From positions 10,821 to 74,820 of IMG/VR virus record IMGVR_UViG_3300032174_000075: a DNA stretch of 64,000 nt. One strand, 5' to 3'. Numbering within the stretch: the stretch's first letter is position 1; each line of letters starts with the position of its first letter. Below the pieces are notes generated by a model that was given only the letters and a program-made list of their open reading frames with translations, searched no databases and was not told the origin of the DNA. A program made the translations under genes and the position numbers. Origin of the DNA: a virus. Of this stretch, positions 1 through 9,737 are shown piece by piece.

Positions 1-2
1 AA

Positions 3-776
3 GTGCCGGAAGAGTTCGCACCGAAGGTCAACGGCGAGCATGTAGGCTGGGCTTGGGCGCCGGTAGACGAGCCTCCCCAGCCAATGCACCCGGGCTGCCA
101 GATAGCTCTGGACCGCCTGACGATGGACGAGCTGGGCGTGGCAAGGGCGATGGCCGATGGACGGCTTACGAGCCCGCAGGCTTACGAGAACGTCACGCTT
201 TTCGCCATTCGGATTACGGGAACCGGCCTGGCCTACCGCCGCGCGCATGACGAGTTCGTGTGGCGCGAGCCGGATATCTACCTGAACGACGAGTTCCTAG
301 CCCGCTGCAATGGGCTTCCGGTGATTTTCGAGCATCCGAAGAATGCCCTGCTCGACAGCAAAGAGTTCAACGACAGGATCATAGGAACGGTCTTGCTGCC
401 CTACATCATGAACAGCGAAGTGTGGGGCATCGCGAAGGTTTACGACCGCGCCGCCATCGCGATCATGATGGAAGACCGAGACGATATCTCGACTTCTCCG
501 GCTGTGTCGTGGCGGGATATTTCGGTCAACACCGTCGTCAAGACGGAAGACGGCTCAAAGCTTTTGATTGAAGGCAAGCCCTCCATCGTGGATCACATCG
601 CGATCTGCTCGCCTAAGGGCGTGTGGGACAAAGGCGGAGATGCACAGGGCGTGCGTATTGATGCGCAGCGCACCACAAGGTCCAAGCCTATCGAGTTTCC
701 TTCAGCAAAGCTCGATCTAGCGCTTTCAAAAGCGCGCAACCTCGCGCTCGATGAAGCGCTGCGCTCGTTCCGCTGA
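3..776 (+). CDS. DUF2213-like capsid maturation protease, 5'-truncated by the window edge
   Basis: IRITGTG..YR, CNGLPVIFEHP, STSPAV, IEGKP..VDHIAIC...GVWDK motifs; lies upstream of scaffold and capsid. Confidence 0.75.
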   Translation: MPEEFAPKVNGEHVGWAWAPVDEPPQPMHPGCQIALDRLTMDELGVARAMADGRLTSPQAYENVTLFAIRITGTGLAYRRAHDEFVWREPDIYLNDEFLARCNGLPVIFEHPKNALLDSKEFNDRIIGTVLLPYIMNSEVWGIAKVYDRAAIAIMMEDRDDISTSPAVSWRDISVNTVVKTEDGSKLLIEGKPSIVDHIAICSPKGVWDKGGDAQGVRIDAQRTTRSKPIEFPSAKLDLALSKARNLALDEALRSFR

Positions 777-815
777 GACGGGCAATCAATCCCAACCTGT
801 CAGAAGGACATTGTC

Positions 816-1661
816 ATGACCGAAGAAGAAGAGAAAAAGGCCCGTGAGGATCGCGCCAAGGCCGACGCTGAGGCCGGCGAGAAGCTGGACAAGCTGCTGA
901 GCCATATGGACTCGTTCGGTAGCCGCATGGACGCTATCGACAAGCGGCTTGACGCCTACGACGAAAAGGAAAAGGCCCGCACCGACGCTGAAAGGGCGAA
1001 GGCCGATGCTGATGCAAAGGCGAAAGAAGACCCCGACAACATCGCGGCCGACAAGAAGCGCAAGGACGCGGAGGAAGCCGAGAAAAAGGCGTCCGAAGAG
1101 AAAGCTAAGGCCGACGCTGAGGCTGAGACCAAAGCCAAAGAGGAAGAAGAAAAGAAGCGCTCCGACGCGGCCCGTGCTGATTCGGCCAGCTTCTCCGACA
1201 TCAAGGCGGAGATTGCCGCCCTTAAGGCCCGCACGCCTCGCCTCATGACGGACGATGACCACGCTACGTTCTCGACCGTCCAGGCTCGCGCCGATGGCGT
1301 CTATCAGATGTTCGGGGGGCACGCTCCGCCGCCGATGCAGTCGGAGGACTTGAACGCCTACCGTCTGCGGCTTGCCAGCGCTTTCCAGAGCCATTCTCCC
1401 AGGTGGAAGGACGCCAATCTCGTCAAGGTGGCCGTGGACTCCACCACGCTCACCAATGCGGAAGACGATATCTACGAGGCTGCCCGCCGTGCGGCGCTCG
1501 ACCCTGCGGACGTTCCCGAAGGCCGCGAGCGCGTAGTCACGCGCGTAGACCGCGAGACGAACCGGCGCACCCTTGAGTTCGCCCGCAAGGACAGCTTCGT
1601 GAAGGACTTCGGCCTACCGCCCCAGTACATCACGAAGTTCATCACTGAACGCCCCAACTAA
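816..1661 (+). CDS. Head scaffolding protein
   Basis: Charged E/K/A coiled-coil N-half; between protease and capsid genes; AGGA RBS. Confidence 0.7.
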   Translation: MTEEEEKKAREDRAKADAEAGEKLDKLLSHMDSFGSRMDAIDKRLDAYDEKEKARTDAERAKADADAKAKEDPDNIAADKKRKDAEEAEKKASEEKAKADAEAETKAKEEEEKKRSDAARADSASFSDIKAEIAALKARTPRLMTDDDHATFSTVQARADGVYQMFGGHAPPPMQSEDLNAYRLRLASAFQSHSPRWKDANLVKVAVDSTTLTNAEDDIYEAARRAALDPADVPEGRERVVTRVDRETNRRTLEFARKDSFVKDFGLPPQYITKFITERPN

Positions 1662-1675
1662 AGGAACCATACCCC

Positions 1676-2578
1676 ATGGTCGCGAATCCTGCTTTCAACC
1701 CGTACACTCAGACGAATGCGACGGGCTCCTTCAACATCTCCGCCTCGGGCTTGGTTCAGGGCACGGCGATGGACGATCCCGCCACCCGCTACAGGCTCGC
1801 GGGCGGCTATCTCGCCACGGCTGAAACGCTTCCCATGTGGGGCGGCGTCGGTATCAGCGAATTGGTGCCCGCGCAGAACGTGTCTCCGTTCCCGCCCAAT
1901 GCCACGCTCGGCGGCGCCATCTCGCGTGCGACAACGCTCACCGCGCAGGCGGCGGGGCAGCTCACCGGATTTTCGGTCTTCGACCAGAACTACTCGGCCG
2001 TGCAGTCTCCGCAATCTCCGGTTCCGCTCGTCGGCACGGGGGCGACGCTCAATTTCTACCGCCTCGGCTCACTCGCGCGCGTCAATCTCGCATGCGACCC
2101 GTCGCTTGTGTCTCTCGACGGCGGGCTGATCACGCAGCTTGTCTCGTGGGACTTCACCAACCAGCGCCTCATTCCGTATTCTGCGACCTATCCGCAGACG
2201 ACGATCACGGGCGCGGTTTGGGCGAGCACGGCTGGCGGACAGACCACATTCACGGTCGGAACCGATCTCACCTCGTACATCAATGCCGGCGACGACATTC
2301 AGGTGTCCGGCGTGGTTTCGACAGGCGGAACCGGCGTCGGCTTCAACGGCTCGTTCACGGTGGTTTCGATCACTTCGACAACCATTGTCGTCACGCAGGC
2401 TGCGGCGTCGTCTCCGGGCACCTATTCGTCCGGCGGCATCGTCGTTGCCGGCGGCGGTGCATTGCCCGTGAAGATTCTTCGTGTCTCGGTCGGCGATTGC
2501 ATGACCGTCAACTACAATTCGACCAGCGGTTTCGCGACCTGGAACTACCAGGGCTCGTGCGCCACGGTCCAGATTTAA
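1676..2578 (+). CDS. Capsid decoration/cement protein with inserted beta domain
   Basis: Immediately before major capsid gene; beta-rich G/T/S composition. Confidence 0.65.
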   Translation: MVANPAFNPYTQTNATGSFNISASGLVQGTAMDDPATRYRLAGGYLATAETLPMWGGVGISELVPAQNVSPFPPNATLGGAISRATTLTAQAAGQLTGFSVFDQNYSAVQSPQSPVPLVGTGATLNFYRLGSLARVNLACDPSLVSLDGGLITQLVSWDFTNQRLIPYSATYPQTTITGAVWASTAGGQTTFTVGTDLTSYINAGDDIQVSGVVSTGGTGVGFNGSFTVVSITSTTIVVTQAAASSPGTYSSGGIVVAGGGALPVKILRVSVGDCMTVNYNSTSGFATWNYQGSCATVQI

Positions 2579-2596
2579 GAACCAGGAGAAACGGCA

Positions 2597-3616
2597 ATGC
2601 CCAATATCGCTCCGGCCTATGTCACGATCAACCCGTCCTTCACAATGCCGGAGCTGCTGTTGCCATACAGCCAAGCCTCCGGTGCGTTCGATCTTCTGCC
2701 CGATGGGCAGCCGCTTGTGCGCCTTTCGGAAGGCGATCTCGTGGCCTACATCAATCGCATTGATCTTCGCACGCGCATGGCGTCCGGCCAGTCGGCATAC
2801 AACGAACTGCCGTCCGTCACGCCCGTGCTGTCGCAGATCAGCGCTCCGTCCTACCTGCTTCGCGTTCGCGCGGAGTACGACCATCACGACACGGCCGCGA
2901 TGAGCCGTCGTGGAGTGAGCATCGTCGAGGCCCAGCGTCTCGGCATGCGGCAGGGCCACTTCCAGCTTCTTCGCACGATGCTCCTGGACGGCATGAACCC
3001 CGCCAACGGCGAGGGCCTGCTGAACACGAACGGCGCCACGGCGACGACGCTCCCGGCCGATTCCAACGGCAACACGACCGTGCTGACCTACGACAACGGC
3101 CAGATGGCCTTCTATCTTGCCCAGCAGATTCAGGCGCTCAAGTCGCGCACCAATCAGCTTGGCATCGGCAAGGAGTTCACCATCCTTGGCCCGCAGCGCA
3201 CCCTCGGCACGTTCGAGTACAACGTCGTCCAACTCACGCAGTATCAGCGCGTGGGCGCGGGCACGGCCTCGACCGCTGGGACCGTCAAGGAAATCCTGAT
3301 GGCAAACGGCGACAAGATCGCCTGGTGCTATGACGATACCTTGATCGGCAAGGGCGCCGGCGGAACCGACGCGGTCATCATCTGCATGCCCAAGGTGACG
3401 AAGCCGAACGGCGGCACGATCAACACCAACGAGTTCGCCAAGCTTGCGCCGGGCCTGGAAGCGTGTACGCTTCAGCTTTGCGACATGGCGGCGCCGCGTG
3501 AAATCCCGACTCCGATCCCGGGCGGCGCCATCGACATCGTGAGCGAACTGCGCGCTACGTCAGGCTGGGGCGTTCGCGGCGAAGCGGTGACGATCATCAG
3601 CATGGCGTACTCGTAA
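2597..3616 (+). CDS. Major capsid protein
   Basis: 339 aa, AGGAG RBS, strong codon bias, position in head operon. Confidence 0.8.
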   Translation: MPNIAPAYVTINPSFTMPELLLPYSQASGAFDLLPDGQPLVRLSEGDLVAYINRIDLRTRMASGQSAYNELPSVTPVLSQISAPSYLLRVRAEYDHHDTAAMSRRGVSIVEAQRLGMRQGHFQLLRTMLLDGMNPANGEGLLNTNGATATTLPADSNGNTTVLTYDNGQMAFYLAQQIQALKSRTNQLGIGKEFTILGPQRTLGTFEYNVVQLTQYQRVGAGTASTAGTVKEILMANGDKIAWCYDDTLIGKGAGGTDAVIICMPKVTKPNGGTINTNEFAKLAPGLEACTLQLCDMAAPREIPTPIPGGAIDIVSELRATSGWGVRGEAVTIISMAYS

Positions 3617-3643
3617 GAGCCAACCCAAGGAGGGTAACCCCGA

Positions 3644-4180
3644 ATGTCTACCTTGTACGTCGCCAACGCGACGAAGCACTACCAGGAAATCGTGTACCGG
3701 CTTCCCGAGACGCCCGGCGCACGGCGCCAGACCTTGCGTCCCGGAGGGCAAGTCGGAATCCGCGATCTGTCCACCTTGGATGTAGAGGCCATCATTCGCC
3801 AGAACGTCCCTTATGGCTGGACGGATGTTTCGGCGGTGGACCGCGTGAAGCCCTTTGTCGGCATCGTCTATTCGGCCGACAAGCCGGTCAAGGCGGACAA
3901 GATCGAAGGCGTGATGGAGCACAACCTGGGAGTCCTGGTCAATCGAGGGCGCCAGAACCGCGAGATGGCGGCGGTTGCCACGAACGACATGCTTGAGCGC
4001 CAGTTCGAAGCAACGAACATCGCCGACCTCAAGTCCATGGTGATGACCATTGAGGAAGAGGACACCAAGACGCACAGCGCGGAACTGTCCGAACACTTCA
4101 CGGTGGATCGGCATGCGGAAGCGGCGCGAACGGAAAGCCAGCGCCCGAAACGCGCAGCCCACGGCGGCGGGCGGAAGTAA
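3644..4180 (+). CDS. Virion morphogenesis protein
   Basis: AGGAGG RBS; directly after capsid gene. Confidence 0.6.
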   Translation: MSTLYVANATKHYQEIVYRLPETPGARRQTLRPGGQVGIRDLSTLDVEAIIRQNVPYGWTDVSAVDRVKPFVGIVYSADKPVKADKIEGVMEHNLGVLVNRGRQNREMAAVATNDMLERQFEATNIADLKSMVMTIEEEDTKTHSAELSEHFTVDRHAEAARTESQRPKRAAHGGGRK

Positions 4181-4702
4181 GTGGCGCTTGTAGGCCCCAC
4201 CTATGCCGGGTTTGTTGTTTTCCTGAGAACCGTTGTCGGAATCTCGACCTCTGTTCTGCCCGATAGCGCTCCCGTCATTCCTGTGGCCTACAGCGTTGCT
4301 TTACAGACGGTCAATCCGCAATTGGCTATGGTGGCTTGCGCGCTTCCTGGTGCTCCACTCCCGGACAATACGCCGTCCATGTATGCGCTTGCGGTGTACA
4401 ATCTCGGCGCGGACAACATCATCAATTACGCTCCGGATGTTTCCCCGCCAGTGGCGTACAATGCAGCGGACAACAAGGACAACTTGCCCTACTTCGCGTA
4501 CTTCCGGGCTAAGTGGAAGTGCCTCGATTTTGTCTCTGGTGTCGTCCAGTCGAGCGGAGACGAAGGAACGAACGTTGGACTTGTCGTGCCGGAGCAGATG
4601 AAAGAGTTGACGCTTGGGAATTTAGCCAATTTGAAAACTCCTTATGGGAGGCGGTACTTGGGAATTGCACAGTCTGTCGGCACGAACTGGGGGCTGACGT
4701 GA
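4181..4702 (+). CDS. Head-tail adaptor (DUF4054-like)
   Basis: C-terminal TPYGRRYL motif; gene order. Confidence 0.65.
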   Translation: MALVGPTYAGFVVFLRTVVGISTSVLPDSAPVIPVAYSVALQTVNPQLAMVACALPGAPLPDNTPSMYALAVYNLGADNIINYAPDVSPPVAYNAADNKDNLPYFAYFRAKWKCLDFVSGVVQSSGDEGTNVGLVVPEQMKELTLGNLANLKTPYGRRYLGIAQSVGTNWGLT

Positions 4703-5190
4703 CGGTGCTTCGCTTGGGGGTAATCGACATTCCCTATGCGAACGCATCCGAGGAGACAGGAAAGCAGCGCTCCGCCAGATTGCGCAAGGGCAAGACCGCT
4801 CCGAAGATGAAGTCGGAAAGCATCACGACCGGGGACGTGGCGGAGATTCTGGAAGCCAAGTATCACCCGATAGAAATCTATTGGGAACTGCACGGGCAAG
4901 CGGTTGCGGACAAGATGACTGAAGGCCTTGTCGGCGCAATGGAGAATCTTCTATCCGGCGCACCTTTGGGTGGTAGCCCATTCGCGGAAGCCGAAGAGCA
5001 TATCGACTCCGGGTACAAGGAGTTCATCAATTCCGGGGAGCTCGACCGTCTCGGCTATCCCGGCCTGCCGACGAAAGCCGCGATCAAAGGTGTCAGCCAC
5101 CGTTTCAAGAAGAAGCGCGGCGGACAGAGGCCGAGCCTCGTAGACACAGGCCTGTACGTTGCAGCGTTCAAGTCCGAGATTGAAGAGTAA
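4699..5190 (+). CDS. Neck/tail-completion protein
   Basis: GTG start overlapping upstream TGA; C-terminal RPSLVDTGLY motif. Confidence 0.6.
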   Translation: MTVLRLGVIDIPYANASEETGKQRSARLRKGKTAPKMKSESITTGDVAEILEAKYHPIEIYWELHGQAVADKMTEGLVGAMENLLSGAPLGGSPFAEAEEHIDSGYKEFINSGELDRLGYPGLPTKAAIKGVSHRFKKKRGGQRPSLVDTGLYVAAFKSEIEE

Positions 5191-6228
5191 ATGTCCTCCA
5201 TCGGAGAGGCGGGACTACAACAAGCGACGCAAATGCATGCGGCCCTAAGCGAGGGCTTGGATGCAGTCTCGAACTTCCAGAAGGTCACATTCGAACAATA
5301 TGTTCGCCTGATTCTGCCGATGGACGGGTCGGTCTTCTGGGTGAAGTCGGCGCTCTTGTGCGATCAGATGCTATTCTCCGCCTATCGGTTCAATGCGGCG
5401 GCACTTCAGGAAGCGGCATCGTCTCGCACATCGTCAAAGCTTGTCGTCGCCGAGGGCGATTTGCACTACGCGACGCAGAACACGCAGGGCGAGAGCGACG
5501 CGGACGTTATGAACCGGGTCGTATTCACGTCGAAAACGCTTATCGAGGGCCTTCAGGAAGTCGGCCCCTACGTCACGTACATGGCGGAAATCGACGGCAT
5601 AAGGTTCGCGTTCTCATCCCGTGGGCAGCTTCAGCAGAATGCCGACCTCTATCACTACGTCGGCACCGCCGTTTACGCCACGATGGATACACAGGTCATA
5701 GACAATCCAGGGGAATTGGACGTTCAAAACGTCGTGGTCTCCAATAGCCTGCCGATCTTCCTTGCCATGAACTACTACGTGCCGGAAGTGTATGAGGACT
5801 TCGGCAACCTGACGCTCCCGATCTATCCGTCCTACTTGGTTCCGAACAATCTGCCGCCGCCGTTCGCGGCCGTGCATATCGAGCCCTGGGCAACCGAGGC
5901 ATTGGCGAGTGCGCCGCTTCTGGACAGCACGCTTTCGCATTCGCAGCTTGCACGGGACCGCGTGAAGATCACGCTTTACGGCAAACGCAATGGCGATGCG
6001 CAGGACTTCATGGACTTCCTCTTTCAGCAGTCCATCAATTACGATCAGTTCGGCATGATGGGCCTGCCTATCCTTCGAGATGAGAAGAAGACCCAGGTGG
6101 AGCTAGGAACCGTGGCGCAGAAGAAGTCGTTCGAGTTCGATATCTCCTACTACCAGACGCGGGCACGAGACATCGCCCGCCAATTGATCGAAAGTGCCCC
6201 TGTCACGGCGCTGGGCAACCCCCTCTAA
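5191..6228 (+). CDS. Head-closure/tail-terminator protein
   Basis: 345 aa abutting previous gene, upstream of sheath. Confidence 0.55.
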   Translation: MSSIGEAGLQQATQMHAALSEGLDAVSNFQKVTFEQYVRLILPMDGSVFWVKSALLCDQMLFSAYRFNAAALQEAASSRTSSKLVVAEGDLHYATQNTQGESDADVMNRVVFTSKTLIEGLQEVGPYVTYMAEIDGIRFAFSSRGQLQQNADLYHYVGTAVYATMDTQVIDNPGELDVQNVVVSNSLPIFLAMNYYVPEVYEDFGNLTLPIYPSYLVPNNLPPPFAAVHIEPWATEALASAPLLDSTLSHSQLARDRVKITLYGKRNGDAQDFMDFLFQQSINYDQFGMMGLPILRDEKKTQVELGTVAQKKSFEFDISYYQTRARDIARQLIESAPVTALGNPL

Positions 6229-6249
6229 AATTCCAAGGAGTCTTACGTC

Positions 6250-6861
6250 ATGTCGCAGAACCCCATCGCGGCGCTGATCTATGCGCTGTTGCCAACGAAT
6301 GTTTCCGCTCCGCTTCACGCCGATGCACAGGGCGCAATCGCCGCGTCGGAAGCGCACGGCAACATCTATACGCCGACCAAAGCCGGGCGGGTGATGATGG
6401 GCGCGAACCAGACTGGCGCGACGACTTCCGCCGCTCTGGCAACGACCTACACAGGCCTGTGCCTGTCCAATCCGGCGGCGAGCGGGGTCAATCTCTCGCT
6501 GCTGCGCGTGAACGTCTCGCTCAACGTCGCACCAGCGGCGCTGACGGCATTCGGCCTGATCGCGGGCTATGCAGCGGGCGGCGTTACCGTTCACACGACG
6601 CCGATCACGCCGTTCAACTCGTTCCTGAACGGCACTGCCCCGCTCGCCAAACTCGACGCGGCGTGTACGCTTGTCGGAACCGCAGCCTGGGCGCGCTGGC
6701 TCGGCGAGACACCGGCTACCACGTCCGTCACGACGTTCAGCGACATGACCAACGGCGGAATCATCATCCCGCCGGGTGGATACGTTGCCATCGGCACGAC
6801 GATTGCCGGTCCAACCGCAGGGCTGCTCGCGTCGTTCCAGTGGGAAGAATGCCCTCAATGA
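6250..6861 (+). CDS. Putative virion structural protein (beta-rich)
   Basis: AAGGAG RBS; A/T/G-rich; between neck and sheath genes. Confidence 0.55.
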   Translation: MSQNPIAALIYALLPTNVSAPLHADAQGAIAASEAHGNIYTPTKAGRVMMGANQTGATTSAALATTYTGLCLSNPAASGVNLSLLRVNVSLNVAPAALTAFGLIAGYAAGGVTVHTTPITPFNSFLNGTAPLAKLDAACTLVGTAAWARWLGETPATTSVTTFSDMTNGGIIIPPGGYVAIGTTIAGPTAGLLASFQWEECPQ

Positions 6862-6895
6862 GCCACCCGCTTAAGGGCCGCAAGGAAATCTCCGC

Positions 6896-8308
6896 ATGAC
6901 AAACAACATCGTTACCGTCAACGTCTCGGTCACGCAGGCGCCGACGCCGAGCAACCTGCAAAAGTCGGGTTGCTTCGTGACGCAAGGGGGCACGACCGGG
7001 GCCGCTGGCACGCAAACGCTCCTGACGCAGCTATCGGACCTGACCGCCATCCTCACCCCCGCCAAAGCCATCACGACGCTTGCATGGGCTTCTGGAACGG
7101 TGACGGCTACCGTGGCGGCACACGGACTCGGGTCCTCGGGAACCTTTTATGTGACGATCTCCGGGGCTGTTCCGGCTGCTTACAACGGCACGTTCCTGGC
7201 GACGCTCACGAACGGCACGCATTTCACCTACCCGCTGGCGTCCGACCCAGGTGCGGAGACTACGCCCGGCACCTACCAGCTCGCATCCGCCGTGCAATTG
7301 CTTCAGAAGGCCACCACGTTCTTTGCCCAAGGGGCGGGGCAGGCGGTCTATGTGAACGAGTTGGGATTCGGAAACCCGGCCGCCGGCGTGACAGCGCTCA
7401 ATACCTGGATCGGGAACAACCCGAGCGTCTATTATTCCTATCTACTCGATAGAGAATGGGCGTCGGAATCGACCTATCTCACGTTCCTGGCGCAGTTCGA
7501 AGCGCTCACGTCGAAGACGTTTTTCTTCACGACGATGACGAACAGCAACTACACGGCGTTCACCTCCGCCATGAACTGCGTCGTCGGCATGATCGAAGCG
7601 CCTGCGGTGGCTGCGGCAAACAGTGCCCTAGCGGGAGCCACGGTCGCAGGAACGGAGTTCTCGCTTGCGGCGGCGTTCTGGGTCTCGCTCAACTACACGC
7701 CTTCGTCCACGTCGCGCGTCACGCCTTACGCATTCTCGTTCCTCTATGGCGTCACGGCGTACCCGCTTTCTGGGAATGGAGCGCTGTTCACGGCCTGGAA
7801 GGCGGCGGGCGTCAATTGGGTCGGTTCCGGTTCGGAAGGCGGGCTCACCAATACGATCCTGTATTGGGGCACGACCATGGATGGCCGTTCGTTCAATTAC
7901 TGGTACTCGGTCGATTGGGCGCAGATCAACATCGACATCGACGTTTCAAACGCGATCATCAACGGCTCGAACAATCCGCAGAACCCGCTCTATCTCAATC
8001 AGGACGGAATCAATCGTCTTCAGGCCGTTGCCGCGCGCACGCTTTCGAACGGCATCAGCTACGGGCTCATCTTCGGCAAGCTTCAGCAGACCGCGCTTAC
8101 GCCGTCAGCATTCACGGCGGCATATGCGGCGGGACAATTCTCCGGCTCAGCCGTCGTCAACGCCGACCCGTTCACGGATTACTACCGCACCAATCCGAGC
8201 AATTACCGGCTCGGCGTGTATGGCGGGTTCTCCGTGGTCTACACACCGCTGCTCGGCTTCACGCAGGTTATCTTCAACATCAACGTGACGGACTTTGTAG
8301 TCCAATAA
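6896..8308 (+). CDS. Contractile tail sheath protein (DUF3383-like)
   Basis: NIVTVNVS start, YWYSVDW and LY.NQDGI..LQ motifs, 470 aa. Confidence 0.85.
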   Translation: MTNNIVTVNVSVTQAPTPSNLQKSGCFVTQGGTTGAAGTQTLLTQLSDLTAILTPAKAITTLAWASGTVTATVAAHGLGSSGTFYVTISGAVPAAYNGTFLATLTNGTHFTYPLASDPGAETTPGTYQLASAVQLLQKATTFFAQGAGQAVYVNELGFGNPAAGVTALNTWIGNNPSVYYSYLLDREWASESTYLTFLAQFEALTSKTFFFTTMTNSNYTAFTSAMNCVVGMIEAPAVAAANSALAGATVAGTEFSLAAAFWVSLNYTPSSTSRVTPYAFSFLYGVTAYPLSGNGALFTAWKAAGVNWVGSGSEGGLTNTILYWGTTMDGRSFNYWYSVDWAQINIDIDVSNAIINGSNNPQNPLYLNQDGINRLQAVAARTLSNGISYGLIFGKLQQTALTPSAFTAAYAAGQFSGSAVVNADPFTDYYRTNPSNYRLGVYGGFSVVYTPLLGFTQVIFNINVTDFVVQ

Positions 8309-8367
8309 ATGCTACAAGCGCCCTTTCAAGTTCTTGAAGAACTTGGGGTGTACGCGAAGGAACAACA

Positions 8368-8811
8368 ATGGTCGGAAACCCGCTCACGAACCAAGGCACA
8401 CTGAACCGGCTTCTTGCCTCGGTCATCATTCCCGCCTTTCCGGAACTGAATGTCACTTCGTCTTTTTTGGGCAAGGAAGGCGTGACGATCTCGTTCCAGG
8501 GGGACATTACGTTGATGATCCCGACGATGACCGGGACCGTGACCTCGCCGGAGCCGTACCAGATGGCTACCGTGCTCGTGCGGCTCTTGCGCACGCAGCC
8601 TTTGGCCGATGCTTTCAAGCAGCAGCTTGAAACCACGGCCCTCATCGGCGATATTACGGTTCGCCCGGATAGCCGCGCACTATCCCCCTATCAGTTCATC
8701 AATTGCGCGATATCGACGGTGGGCGACTTGGTCCTGAACGGCACGGATGCTGGATACGGCGTCTCCATCGTCGGATACTACCCGGTGAACAGTTCGCTAT
8801 TCGACGGGTAG
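8368..8811 (+). CDS. Tail tube protein
   Basis: 147 aa following the sheath gene. Confidence 0.75.
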   Translation: MVGNPLTNQGTLNRLLASVIIPAFPELNVTSSFLGKEGVTISFQGDITLMIPTMTGTVTSPEPYQMATVLVRLLRTQPLADAFKQQLETTALIGDITVRPDSRALSPYQFINCAISTVGDLVLNGTDAGYGVSIVGYYPVNSSLFDG

Positions 8812-8830
8812 GCAATAAGGATACTAGCCG

Positions 8831-9040
8831 ATGCGGCTTGAAGTCGGAGTTCTCTACGAAGCGGAAGGCGGCACATTCGGGCTCTGTACGCAGAGTGATG
8901 GCGAAGTGTTTGGCCTCGCCTTCGTCGCTCCGAAAGGTGCACGCGAGCCAATGACCTATCGCATCTACCGCGCAGACGGAACAAATGATGGCAACCCTCC
9001 AATCGTCGAAGAACTTTGGCGGCTGAGTAAAGGAAGGTAG
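8831..9040 (+). CDS. Small hypothetical protein inserted in tail operon
   Basis: AAGGA RBS; fills the gap between tube and chaperone. Confidence 0.5.
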   Translation: MRLEVGVLYEAEGGTFGLCTQSDGEVFGLAFVAPKGAREPMTYRIYRADGTNDGNPPIVEELWRLSKGR

Positions 9041-9043
9041 AAT

Positions 9044-9622
9044 TTGAAACTGGACAGAAAGCTCAATTTGGTCATTCCGGTAACGCAGGACAACAACGTC
9101 ACCGTTTACGTTCACGCCGCTCCGATCTCCCGCGAGGTGTTCGAGCGGTATTTTCTTGTCATCTCCAAGACGCACGCTCAAATCCTCGGTGCCGGACTAG
9201 GCTGGTCCATCGCGCCGCGTGTCGCGAGCATGATGCTGGAAAAGGTGGCGAAGGAGGACGATTCATGGGAAGGCCCGGCGGGCGTAGCGCGCGGGCTCAT
9301 CGGCGACATAGTGCGCCTTGCCAATGTGGCGGTGCCGGATGAAAAGGGCGGGTGGACGACCATCCCGCTTCAGCAGGCGCTTGATCAAAGCTATTTTTCC
9401 GAGGATGACACGGCAGAGATCAAGAATGCCGTGGTTTTTTTTACTGTCGCCTCGTGGATGTATCCCAGAGCGGATCGGAACGCGATTCTGAGCGAGGCGA
9501 TGAAGCTCTGGGGCGGGCGTACCGAATCATCGAACTCTACGGAGTTCGTGAGTTCTTTGCCGATATCGACAGAGACCGCCAATTCTGGCGCGACGGAGAC
9601 AGCATCGTCCATTCCACACTAG
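9044..9622 (+). CDS. Tail assembly chaperone (possible -1 frameshift product to 9738)
   Basis: Before tape measure; T8 run at 9435-9442; -1 frame open to 9738. Confidence 0.7.
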   Translation: MKLDRKLNLVIPVTQDNNVTVYVHAAPISREVFERYFLVISKTHAQILGAGLGWSIAPRVASMMLEKVAKEDDSWEGPAGVARGLIGDIVRLANVAVPDEKGGWTTIPLQQALDQSYFSEDDTAEIKNAVVFFTVASWMYPRADRNAILSEAMKLWGGRTESSNSTEFVSSLPISTETANSGATETASSIPH

Positions 9623-9737
9623 ATTGGGCCGCGAACGAAGGGTTCTCTCAGGTGTGCGACATGCTCGACTTGTCGTGGGGCTCCGCGCATGAGTTCCGAC
9701 AACGGCATTTGATACGGGCGCTTAAGGAGAACTCCTA

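Noticed and set aside
786-8337. Long alternative-frame and antisense ORFs (e.g. 1837-2763, 2069-3232, 7456-8337)
   Set aside because: Shadow ORFs of high-GC structural genes with Arg-rich, motif-free translations
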